Position numbers and translations under genes: made by a program. From Acidimicrobiaceae bacterium (lineage in GTDB: Bacteria > Actinomycetota > Acidimicrobiia > Acidimicrobiales > Bog-793), in assembly GCA_003159795.1 (NCBI GenBank), contig PLPK01000054.1:1519-65518 (forward strand): a stretch of 64,000 nt of DNA. The letters are read 5' to 3'. Below the pieces are notes generated by a model. It was not told the DNA's origin. It saw only the letters and a list, made by a program, of their open reading frames with translations, and made no database searches. Positions 38,927-47,669 of this stretch are shown here, one piece after another; within the stretch, counting starts at the first letter, position 1, and each line of letters opens with the position of its first letter.

Positions 38927-39861
38927 AGGGCGAACCCCACGAGGCAGATCTCGGGCTCGAGCTCGACGCCGCACCGTTCGGCGACGAGCCGCCGCACCTC
39001 GCAGATGAGGCTGTAGACGTCGTCGGCCGAGGCGCCCGGATCCGCCTGGATGAAGTTGGCGTGCGCCGTCGAGACCCGCGCGCCGCCGAGCCGCAGGTCC
39101 TTCAGGCCCGCCAGCTCGATCAGCCGCCCCGCCGAATCCCCCGGCGGGTTCTGGAAGACCGAACCGGCGTTGCGCCCCCCCGGCTGGTTCTGCCGGCGCC
39201 AGGCGACGATTCCCGCGATCGTCGCGGCCGACTCGCCCCGGTCGCCCGAATCGAGGGCGAAGCATGCCGAGACGACGACTTCGTCGGCCCGCACGCCGGA
39301 GTGGCGGTAGGAAAAGGCGAGATCGTGCCGCCCGACCGTCCGGTCCGACCCCGTCCGCAGGTCCACGAGCCGGGCCGAGACAAGACGGTCGGCGGTTTGG
39401 GAGCCGTGGCCGCCGGCGTTCATCCGGACGGCCCCGCCGACCGAACCGGGGATCCCAACCGCCCACTCCATGCCGGCGAGTCCTGCCTCGGCCGTCGCCC
39501 GGGCGAGCGCCGGGTAGGCGACCGCCCCGCCGGCGGCGACGACGCGCTCCTCGCCGACCCGGCAGCTGGCGAAGCTCTGACCGAGCACGACACAGAGCCC
39601 CGGGAACCCCGCCTCGGCGACGAGCAAGTTCGATCCCCGCCCGAGAACGAGCACCTCGATCCCGCTCGCGGTGACAGCCGCCACCACGGCCGCCAGGTCG
39701 TCCTCGTCGTCGACGACCGTCAGCAGCGCCGAGGGGCCGCCGAGCCGGTAGGTCGTGCGCGCGCCGAGGGGCGCGCCGCGCCGCGCCCGGTCGCCGAGGC
39801 GCGCCGCGGCGGCCTCGACGGCTGGATCGCCGCTGGCGGGCCGGTCGGGCAGGGGCACCAC
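38923..39861 (-). CDS. murB: UDP-N-acetylenolpyruvoylglucosamine reductase
   Basis: 'TTYRLGGPSALL', 'VLVLGRGSNLLV', 'GIPGSVGGAVRMNAGGHG', 'AGSVFQNP'. Confidence 0.88.
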   Translation of the reverse strand: MVPLPDRPASGDPAVEAAAARLGDRARRGAPLGARTTYRLGGPSALLTVVDDEDDLAAVVAAVTASGIEVLVLGRGSNLLVAEAGFPGLCVVLGQSFASCRVGEERVVAAGGAVAYPALARATAEAGLAGMEWAVGIPGSVGGAVRMNAGGHGSQTADRLVSARLVDLRTGSDRTVGRHDLAFSYRHSGVRADEVVVSACFALDSGDRGESAATIAGIVAWRRQNQPGGRNAGSVFQNPPGDSAGRLIELAGLKDLRLGGARVSTAHANFIQADPGASADDVYSLICEVRRLVAERCGVELEPEICLVGFAL

Positions 39862-39868
39862 GGCCCTC

Positions 39869-41233
39869 CTAGCCCGCCTTCCCGGCGAGGAGGTCGCCGG
39901 CGAGGCTCGTCAGGTCGCCCGCGCCGAGCGTGAGACAGCAGTCCCCGGCACGCAGCGTCCCGCGGAGGTGCCCGACGAGCTCGGCGCGCCGGGGAACGTA
40001 GGAGACGGTGGCCCCGGGATGAGCGGCGAGCACGGCGTCGGCGACGAGCCGCCCGGAGACCCCTGGCCGGGCCGCCTCGCCGGCCCCGTAGATGTCGGTG
40101 ACGTAGAGCTCGTCGGCGTCGACAAAGGCGTCGGCGAAATCGGCCGCCAGCGCCGCGATCCGCGAGTAGCGGTGCGGCTGGAAGACGCAGACGATTCGGC
40201 GCCAACCGCCCCGCCTCGCCGTGGCAAGCGCCGCCGCGACCTCGCTCGGCAGGTGGGCGTAGTCGTCGACGAGCGTCGCCCCCTGCGCCTCCCCACGGAA
40301 CTCGAACCGGCGCGCGACTCCGCCGAAGCGCGCGAGCGCCCGACGCACGGCGTCGGTGTCCACGCCCACGGCGGCGGCCGCCGCCGCGGCCCCCGCGGCG
40401 TTCAAGACGTTGTGCCGTCCCGGCACCGGCAGCGAGAGCGCGCCCGACCCTCCCCCGCCGCTCAGCACGAAGCTCACGTCCGAGCGTCCGCCGGCGAACT
40501 CGCTGATCCGCCAGGACGAGCCTGGGGCGAACCCGTAAGTCGTGGCGCCGGGCGGCGCGAGCCCGGCCACGAGTGGGTCGTCGCCGTACACCACAGCGCG
40601 CGGGGCGGCGGCGAGGAAGAGCCGGAACGCCTCCGTCAGGTTCTCGAACGACCCGTAGTGGTCGAGGTGGTCCGGCTCGACGCTCGTCACGACGGCGATC
40701 TCCGCCCCCAGCTCGAGGAACGTCCCGTCACTCTCGTCGGCCTCGATGACGAGCCACTCGCCCTCGTCCCACACCGCCCCGGAGCCGATCTCGTTGATCT
40801 CCCCGCCGATGATGAACGACGGCGACAGGCCCGCCTCGACGAGGATGAGGGCGAGCATCGAGCTCGTCGTCGTCTTGCCGTGGGTCCCGGACACCGCCAC
40901 CGTGCGCTTCAACCGGCTGATCGCGCTCAGCAGCTCGGCGCGGCGGTGCACCGTGATCAGGCGCTTTTTCGCCGCCACAACCTCGACGTTCGTCGCCGCC
41001 ACCGCGCTCGAGATCGCCAGGAACTCGGCGGCGCCGATGTTCGCCGGGTCGTGCCCGATCGCGATCCGGACGCCCAGCGCCCGCAACCGGTCCAGCGCCA
41101 CACCGTCTTTCAGATCGCTGCCACTCACCTCGTGTCCCATCGCGACGAGCACCGTGCCGATCGCGCTCATCCCCGCGCCACCGACGCCGACGATGTGCAC
41201 CCGCCGGGGACGGGAAAGATCCGGCTCGCTCAC
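39869..41233 (-). CDS. murC: UDP-N-acetylmuramate--L-alanine ligase
   Basis: 'HIVGVGGAGMSAIG', 'VSGTHGKTTTSSM', 'VIEADESDGTF', 'DDYAHLPSE'. Confidence 0.9.
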   Translation of the reverse strand: MSEPDLSRPRRVHIVGVGGAGMSAIGTVLVAMGHEVSGSDLKDGVALDRLRALGVRIAIGHDPANIGAAEFLAISSAVAATNVEVVAAKKRLITVHRRAELLSAISRLKRTVAVSGTHGKTTTSSMLALILVEAGLSPSFIIGGEINEIGSGAVWDEGEWLVIEADESDGTFLELGAEIAVVTSVEPDHLDHYGSFENLTEAFRLFLAAAPRAVVYGDDPLVAGLAPPGATTYGFAPGSSWRISEFAGGRSDVSFVLSGGGGSGALSLPVPGRHNVLNAAGAAAAAAAVGVDTDAVRRALARFGGVARRFEFRGEAQGATLVDDYAHLPSEVAAALATARRGGWRRIVCVFQPHRYSRIAALAADFADAFVDADELYVTDIYGAGEAARPGVSGRLVADAVLAAHPGATVSYVPRRAELVGHLRGTLRAGDCCLTLGAGDLTSLAGDLLAGKAG

Positions 41234-42417
41234 TGGCCCTCCTCGGGTCCGGCGCCACCCCGGGCGGGGGCGCCCTTCTTCGTCCACCTACCGGCCGCGA
41301 CCTCAACGACCAGCGAGGCCACGGCCCTGGCCGCGTCGCGCCGCCCCACGCGGCGCGCGGCCTCACCCATCGCGCCGAGGCGGGCCGGGTCGTCGAGCAG
41401 CGCGGTGACCTCTTGGAACACGCGCTCTGCCGTCGCTTCGTCGTCGGCGAGGAGCACCGCCGCGCCCGCCTCACACAGCCAGGCGGCGTTCTTCGCCTGG
41501 TGGTCCGACGGCGCCCCGGGGAGCGGCACGAGGATGCTCGGCGTGCCGATCACCGCCAGCTCGGCGACCGTCGAGGCCCCGGCGCGCCCGACGACGATGT
41601 CGGCGGCGGCGAAGAGCTCAGCCAGACGGTCCTCATAGGCGACGATCCGGTACTCGAACCCCGGACGGTCGGTGAGCCCCGCCGCTGCGGCGGCAGCGGT
41701 CACCTCGGCGAGCGAGCGCCGCCCGCAGACGTGGTAGACGACGGCGTCGCCCCGCGCGCGCATCAGCCCGGCGAGCCCGATCGCCGCGTCGTTCAGGCGA
41801 CGAGCACCCAACGAACCCCCGACGACGCCCACGAGCGGGCCCTCGACGGCGATCCCGAGTGCGGCGCGTGAGCGCGCCCGCCCGGGCGCGGTCCGGTCGA
41901 CTGCCAGCACCTCCGGTCGGACCGGGGCTCCGGTGACGACCGCCCGCGGGAGCGCCGTTCCGGGGAAGGCGACCGCGCAGGCGGTGGCGAAGCGCCCGAT
42001 CATCCGGTTCGCCGCGCCCGGGACCGAGTCGACGTTGACGACGACGACCGGCACCCGCCACACCACCGCGGCGAGCGAGCAGGCCACCGCCCCGAAACCA
42101 CCGACGGCGACGACCACCCGGGGCCGCCGGCGACCGAGCTGAACAAGCGAGGCGGCAAACGCGGCCACGATCCCGGCGAGCGCCGCCAGGTTGCGCAGGC
42201 TCGGGCGCCGCACGATGCCACGTCCGGGCAACGCCGTCAGTGAGAAGCCGGCCTCCGGCACGAGGCGCCGCTCAATGCCCCGGCGCGCCCCCACGAAATG
42301 AATCGCCGCCGGTGCCACCCCCGCGGCGACGAGCGCGCGGGCGAGCGCGATTGCCGGCAGGACATGACCCGCGGTCCCGCCCCCGGTGATCACCACCTTG
42401 GCTCGGGCCGTCGTCAC
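41230..42417 (-). CDS. murG: undecaprenyldiphospho-muramoylpentapeptide beta-N-acetylglucosaminyltransferase
   Basis: 'VVITGGGTAGHVLPAIALA', 'VGGSLGARRLN', 'GASTVAELAVIGTPSILVPLPGA..DHQ..NA'. Confidence 0.9.
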   Translation of the reverse strand: MTTARAKVVITGGGTAGHVLPAIALARALVAAGVAPAAIHFVGARRGIERRLVPEAGFSLTALPGRGIVRRPSLRNLAALAGIVAAFAASLVQLGRRRPRVVVAVGGFGAVACSLAAVVWRVPVVVVNVDSVPGAANRMIGRFATACAVAFPGTALPRAVVTGAPVRPEVLAVDRTAPGRARSRAALGIAVEGPLVGVVGGSLGARRLNDAAIGLAGLMRARGDAVVYHVCGRRSLAEVTAAAAAAGLTDRPGFEYRIVAYEDRLAELFAAADIVVGRAGASTVAELAVIGTPSILVPLPGAPSDHQAKNAAWLCEAGAAVLLADDEATAERVFQEVTALLDDPARLGAMGEAARRVGRRDAARAVASLVVEVAAGRWTKKGAPARGGAGPEEGQ

Positions 42418-43733
42418 CGCCCCGACGGCACCCGCCGCCTGGCGCGCCGCTCGTCGGCGATCGCAAGTGTCTTCGCCCCGGGCTGGCGGGCGATGCGGAC
42501 GACCAACCCCATCGCGGCGAGAAGCACGATGAGCGAGGAGCCCCCCGCGGAGACGAACGGCAGCGGGATGCCCGTCTCCGGCAGGGCGCCGATGACTCCG
42601 CCGATGTTGATGAACGCCTGGACGACGATCCAGGTCGTGACGCCGATCACGACGAGCGAGGCGAAGCGGTCCTCGGTGCGTCTGGCGATCCGGAAGCCGA
42701 GCCAGCCGATCGCGCAGAACCCGCACAGCACGCCCACCGCCCCGACGATGCCGAAGTTGTTGCCGATGATCGCGAAGATGAAGTCGGAGTTCGCGTGCGG
42801 CAGGTAGCCCCACGCCGCCGGCGAGCCCCCGATGCCGGTCCCGAACCAGTGCCCGGAACCGAGAGTGAGAAGGGACTGGGCGACCTGGTACCCGGTCGTT
42901 GAGGCGTGGGCCGACGGGTTCAGGAACGCCTCGATCCGGGCCCTGCCGTACGACACGTGGTAGAGGAGCCCGGCGGCCACAACGGCGAACAGTCCCCCGA
43001 TCCCGAGGACCCTGCGCAGCGGCACGCCCGCCGCGAAGAGGAGCACCGCCCCGATCGCGACGATGACCGCTGTCGTGCCGAAGTCGGGCTGCACGACGAC
43101 GAGGATCGCGAGCACGCCCAGCACGATGAGCACGGGGCGCACGACCTCCGCCTGCGCACCCCCGCGGCCGAGGCGCCGCGCCAGCAGGTCGGCGATGAAC
43201 ACGATCGCGGCGAGCTTCGCGAACTCCGACGGCTGCAGGCGCAGCGGCCCGAGGTCGATCCAGCGGGAGGATCCGGCCCGCACGGTGCCGATGCCCCGCA
43301 CGAACACCGCGACGAGCGCGAGGACCGTGCAGAGCAGGAACGGAACCGCGGCCCGCCGCCACAGCCGCAGCGGCAGGCGCCTCGCCACGACGAACCCGGC
43401 CGCGCCGAGGCCCATCCACAACCCCTGGTGGGCGAAGGCCGACCAGGCCGAGCCGTCGTCCGCGATCGACTCGGCCGACGACGAAAGCACCATCACGAGA
43501 CCGAGGACGCAGAACCCGACGACGAGGGCGGTGAGCGCCGTCGCGTCGCGCCGCGCGACCAAGATCGCCGGCCGCGGGTGCGGGCGTGCGGGCGCCAAGG
43601 TCGCCTGGGTCGCCTCGACACCGTTACGGGGCGCGGCGGCCGTGCCCCCGACGAGGCGCAGCCGGGTGGCCCCGGGGTGCTCGCGCCCCGCCGGCCGGGG
43701 AGCCGCGCGCCGCTCGATGACGCCCGTCGTCAT
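42414..43733 (-). CDS. ftsW: SEDS-family peptidoglycan glycosyltransferase FtsW
   Basis: About 10 TM segments: 'LQPSEFAKL', 'QPDFGT', 'HANSDFIFAIIG', 'PLPFVSAGGSSL'. Confidence 0.9.
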   Translation of the reverse strand: MTTGVIERRAAPRPAGREHPGATRLRLVGGTAAAPRNGVEATQATLAPARPHPRPAILVARRDATALTALVVGFCVLGLVMVLSSSAESIADDGSAWSAFAHQGLWMGLGAAGFVVARRLPLRLWRRAAVPFLLCTVLALVAVFVRGIGTVRAGSSRWIDLGPLRLQPSEFAKLAAIVFIADLLARRLGRGGAQAEVVRPVLIVLGVLAILVVVQPDFGTTAVIVAIGAVLLFAAGVPLRRVLGIGGLFAVVAAGLLYHVSYGRARIEAFLNPSAHASTTGYQVAQSLLTLGSGHWFGTGIGGSPAAWGYLPHANSDFIFAIIGNNFGIVGAVGVLCGFCAIGWLGFRIARRTEDRFASLVVIGVTTWIVVQAFINIGGVIGALPETGIPLPFVSAGGSSLIVLLAAMGLVVRIARQPGAKTLAIADERRARRRVPSGR

Positions 43734-43735
43734 GG

Positions 43736-45118
43736 TCAGGCCCCCACCCGGGGGGCGACGGCCCGGGCCGCCAGCCCGCGCGCGGCGGCCGTGAAGTCGT
43801 CGCCGCGAGCCTCGTACGACTCGTACGAGTCGAAAGAGGCGCAGGCGGGCGACAGCAGCACCGAGTCACCGGGTCGCGCCAGCCCCGCCGCGGCCGAGAC
43901 CGCCTCGCCCATCGAACCGGCAATCGCGACCTCGTAGTCGTGGGCGAACACCGCCGCGACGTCGGCTGCCGCCTCGCCGATCGCGACGACACCGCGCACT
44001 CGTAGCCCCGGGGTCCCCTCGACGGCGCGCCGCACCTCCGACAGGTCGAGCCCCTTGTTGCGGCCGCCGAGGATGAGCACCACCGACGCGAAGCCCTGCA
44101 CCGCGGCTGCCACGGCCGCGGGCGTGGTCGCCTTCGAGTCGTCGTAGTACTCCACCCCGTCGACCGTCGCGACGTGGGTCAGGCGGTGCGCCGGCGGGGC
44201 CGTCACCCGCAACGCCTGGCGGCACCCGTCGGGCGAAGCGCCCGCCTCGAGGGCGGTCGCCAGCGCCGCCAGGGCGTTCAGGCGGTCATGGGGCAGGTCC
44301 CGCACCAGATCACCGCTCGTGGCGAGCAGCGTCCCGTCGGGGGCGACGAGGCGCGTGCCCTCGAGCCGGTAGCCGTCGCCGGTCGAGCCGAACGTGACGA
44401 CGCGCGCCCTCGACCGCCTCGCCGCGGCGAGGACGACGGCATCGTCGATGTTCGCCAGCGCGACGTCGGTGTCATCCTGGTTCGCCCAGATCCGGGCCTT
44501 GGCGGCCACGTAGTCGTCGAACGACCGGTGCCAGTCGAGATGGTTCTCGGCGACGTTCAGCCAGGCCGCGACGCGGGGACGGAACGACGAGCTCAGCGCG
44601 AGCTGGAACGACGAGACCTCTGCCACCGCCACGGCGGCCTCCCCGGCAGTCACGGTCGCGATCAACGGCCGGCCGATGTTGCCCGAGGCCTCGGCCCGCA
44701 CCCCCGACCCGACAAGCATCGCCGTCACGAGGTCCGTCACCGTCGTCTTGCCATTCGTCCCCGTCACCGCCACGATCGGGATGGGCGAGATCCGCCAGGC
44801 GAGCTCGATCTCCGAGACGAGCCGGTCGGCGCGGGCGAGCGCGAACACCGGATGGCGCGGCGGAACGCCGGGCGAGACGACGACGAGCTCGCAGCGCCCC
44901 ACCGTGGCGGCGAGTTCGTCCGCGTCCGGCGCCGTGACGAGCTCGACGCCGAGCTCGCGCGCGGCCGCACGCCGTGCCGGGATCGGCGCATCCTCGACCG
45001 CCACGACCTCGACGCCCATCGCCCCCAGCACCCGTGCCACCGCCTGCCCGGTGACGGCGAAGCCGATCACCGCCACAGGCCCCGTGACGGTCGTCCCGGC
45101 CGGCCGGAGCCCGTTCAC
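43736..45118 (-). CDS. murD: UDP-N-acetylmuramoylalanine--D-glutamate ligase
   Basis: 'VAVIGFAVTGQAVARVL', 'VTGTNGKTTVTDL', 'EVSSFQL', 'DDSKATTPAA'. Confidence 0.9.
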   Translation of the reverse strand: MNGLRPAGTTVTGPVAVIGFAVTGQAVARVLGAMGVEVVAVEDAPIPARRAAARELGVELVTAPDADELAATVGRCELVVVSPGVPPRHPVFALARADRLVSEIELAWRISPIPIVAVTGTNGKTTVTDLVTAMLVGSGVRAEASGNIGRPLIATVTAGEAAVAVAEVSSFQLALSSSFRPRVAAWLNVAENHLDWHRSFDDYVAAKARIWANQDDTDVALANIDDAVVLAAARRSRARVVTFGSTGDGYRLEGTRLVAPDGTLLATSGDLVRDLPHDRLNALAALATALEAGASPDGCRQALRVTAPPAHRLTHVATVDGVEYYDDSKATTPAAVAAAVQGFASVVLILGGRNKGLDLSEVRRAVEGTPGLRVRGVVAIGEAAADVAAVFAHDYEVAIAGSMGEAVSAAAGLARPGDSVLLSPACASFDSYESYEARGDDFTAAARGLAARAVAPRVGA

Positions 45119-46149
45119 TACAGCGCCCGCACGCCGAGGAAGTCGGCGTAGAAGATGCCGAGCCCGATCGCCGTGCACAGGGCCGAGAAGATCCAGAACC
45201 GCACGATCACGGTCGTCTCGGGCCAACCGGCGAGCTCGAAGTGGTGGTGGATGGGCGCCATCCGGAACACCCGGGTGTGGAAGACGCGGAAGCTGATCAC
45301 CTGGATGATGACCGAGAGTGTGACGACGACGAACAGGCCGCCGAGGACGGGCAGGAGCAGCTGCACGTTCATCTCGAGCGCGAGACAGGCGAGCGCGGTC
45401 CCGATCGCCAGCGATCCCGTGTCCCCCATGAAGATGCGCGCCGGGGCCGCGTTCCACCAGAGGAACCCGACGCAAGCGCCGGCCATCGCGATCGCGGCGA
45501 GCGCGAGGTCGAGTGCCGCGTGCACGTGGTAGATCTGCACGTGGCGGTACTGCCAGTAGCCGATGAGTGTGAGCCCGGCGAAGGTAAAGGCGGACGCGCC
45601 CGCGGCAAGCCCATCGAGACCGTCGGTCAGGTTCACGGCGTTCGCCCCCGCCGTCACGATGAAAGTCGCCCAGACCAACCACAGCGCCGTGCCGAGGACG
45701 ACCCCCGGCACGCTCGCGCGCGTGAACGAGATCACCGTGTCGGCGCGGGCGAAGTGCTGCACGGCGAGCGCAAAGCCGACGCCGACGAGCAGCTGCAGGA
45801 TGATCTTGCCGCGCTTGTTCAGCCCGAGACTGCGCTGGCGCCGCACCTTCAGCCAGTCGTCGGTGAAGCCGATCGCCCCGGCGGCGACGAGCGCGAGCAT
45901 GACGAATCCGCCTGCCCAGGTGAACCGCGCGCTGTCGTCGAGGTGCCCGAGGAGGTACCCGGCGGTCGCGGCGACGATGATCGCGAGCCCGCCCATCGTC
46001 GGGGTACCTTCTTTCACGATGTGAATCGCAGGGCCGTCCGGCCTGATCTGCTGGCCGATGCGACGGTTGGCTAGCGATCGCAGCAGGATCGGGGTCCCGA
46101 AGCCCGAAATGAGCAGGGCCACGGTGCCGGCCATGAAGATCGGGATCAT
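45118..46149 (-). CDS. mraY: phospho-N-acetylmuramoyl-pentapeptide transferase
   Basis: 'KEGTPTMGG', 'GFTDDWLKV', 'NAVNLTDGLDGLA', 'MGDTGSLAIG', 'APIHHHFE'. Confidence 0.93.
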   Translation of the reverse strand: MIPIFMAGTVALLISGFGTPILLRSLANRRIGQQIRPDGPAIHIVKEGTPTMGGLAIIVAATAGYLLGHLDDSARFTWAGGFVMLALVAAGAIGFTDDWLKVRRQRSLGLNKRGKIILQLLVGVGFALAVQHFARADTVISFTRASVPGVVLGTALWLVWATFIVTAGANAVNLTDGLDGLAAGASAFTFAGLTLIGYWQYRHVQIYHVHAALDLALAAIAMAGACVGFLWWNAAPARIFMGDTGSLAIGTALACLALEMNVQLLLPVLGGLFVVVTLSVIIQVISFRVFHTRVFRMAPIHHHFELAGWPETTVIVRFWIFSALCTAIGLGIFYADFLGVRAL

Positions 46150-47669
46150 CAGGCCGCCCCTGGGGCCCGCGGACTGCCGTCTCCTGCCGAGTGTCGGCCG
46201 TGTCGCTCAACCCACTCCAGCTCGGCGCGCACGACCTCCCGGTCGTTGAAGTGCAGGGTCACGTCGGCGAACTGCTGCGTCGTCTCGTGGCCCTTGCCCG
46301 CCACGACCACGACGTCACCGGGCCGGGCCGCGCGCAGCGCCCCGGCGATCGCCGTCCGGCGGTTCGGCTCGACGACGAGCCTGGCGGGTCCGGACATCCC
46401 GGCGCGGATCTCCTCGATGACTGCGATCGGATCCTCGCTGCGCGGATTGTCGGTCGTCAGCACGACGACGTCGGCGAGGCGCGAGGCGACCGCGCCCATC
46501 ACGGGCCGCTTGCCCCGATCCCGATCCCCGCCGCAGCCGAACACGACGATGACGCCCGGCTTGTGGGACATGTCCGCCCCGGCGCGCTCGGCGCGCACCG
46601 TGGTGAGCACCTTCTCGAGGCCGGCAGGGGTGTGGGCATAGTCGACGATCGCGATAACCCCGCCCGCGCCCTCGATGGCCTCGAACCGGCCGGGAACCCC
46701 CCCCACCTGCCCGAGTCCCTCGACGATGGCGTCCGGTTCGACACCGAGGGCCCGGGCCGCGCTCGCCGCGGCGAGCGCGTTCGAGACGTTGAACCCGCCG
46801 CCGAGGTGGAGCTGCACCAACCGCTTGCCCAGCCGGAAGCTGCTCTCGGTCAGGCCCAACTGGAGATCACGCACGTCGTCAAGTGAGAACGAGACCGTCG
46901 GGATCTCGGCGCGGTCGAGGAGACGCCGGCCGAACTCGTCGTCGCGGTTGACGACGGCGAAACGGGCCCGCTCCGAAGTGAACAGCCTCGCTTTGGCCGA
47001 GAAGTACGCCTCGAGTGTCTCGTGGTAATCGAGGTGATCCCGCGAGAGGTTCGTGAAGACCGCCACGTCGAACCGGATCCCGTCGACCCGGTGCTGCACG
47101 AGGGCGTGTGAGCTCACCTCCATGACGCTTGCGGCCATGCCGGCGCCCCGCATCTCCGCCAGAGACTGCTGCAGATGGGGCGACTCGGGCGTCGTGCGCG
47201 CCCCGTCGAGCGTCCCGATCACCCCGGTCGGCCAGCCGGCCCGCTCGAGAATCGACCGCAGGAGGTACATCGTCGTCGTCTTGCCGTTCGTGCCGGTGAT
47301 CCCGACGGTGTGGAGGGCGGACGCGGGGTCGCCGTAGAACGCGCAGGCGGCCCGCGCCATCGCGATCCGCGCCGTGCCGGGCGGCACCAGGAGCTGGAGG
47401 GCGTCGCCGACCTCGACGCCGAGCGTGTGCTCGCAGATGAACGCCACGGCACCCGCCGCCTGCGCGAGGCCGGCGAAGTCGTGCCCGTCGCGCCGGCTGC
47501 CCGGGAGACAGCAAAAGAGCGACCCCGGGATCACCTCGCGGTCGTCGAACACGACGCCGCTGAGCGCCATCCCCGGACGGTCGCCCAGCTCGACGAGCGG
47601 CGCGACCCGATCGATGATCCGCGCGACCACGAGGTCGGCATCCACGCCCTGCATCGCCGGGCTCGTCAC
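46149..47669 (-). CDS. murE: UDP-N-acetylmuramoyl-L-alanyl-D-glutamate--2,6-diaminopimelate ligase
   Basis: 'VGITGTNGKTTTMYLL', 'EVSSHAL', 'VDYAHTPAGLEKVL', 'FGCGGDRDRGKRPVMG', 'TTDNPRSEDP' (DNPR = meso-DAP type). Confidence 0.88.
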   Translation of the reverse strand: MTSPAMQGVDADLVVARIIDRVAPLVELGDRPGMALSGVVFDDREVIPGSLFCCLPGSRRDGHDFAGLAQAAGAVAFICEHTLGVEVGDALQLLVPPGTARIAMARAACAFYGDPASALHTVGITGTNGKTTTMYLLRSILERAGWPTGVIGTLDGARTTPESPHLQQSLAEMRGAGMAASVMEVSSHALVQHRVDGIRFDVAVFTNLSRDHLDYHETLEAYFSAKARLFTSERARFAVVNRDDEFGRRLLDRAEIPTVSFSLDDVRDLQLGLTESSFRLGKRLVQLHLGGGFNVSNALAAASAARALGVEPDAIVEGLGQVGGVPGRFEAIEGAGGVIAIVDYAHTPAGLEKVLTTVRAERAGADMSHKPGVIVVFGCGGDRDRGKRPVMGAVASRLADVVVLTTDNPRSEDPIAVIEEIRAGMSGPARLVVEPNRRTAIAGALRAARPGDVVVVAGKGHETTQQFADVTLHFNDREVVRAELEWVERHGRHSAGDGSPRAPGAA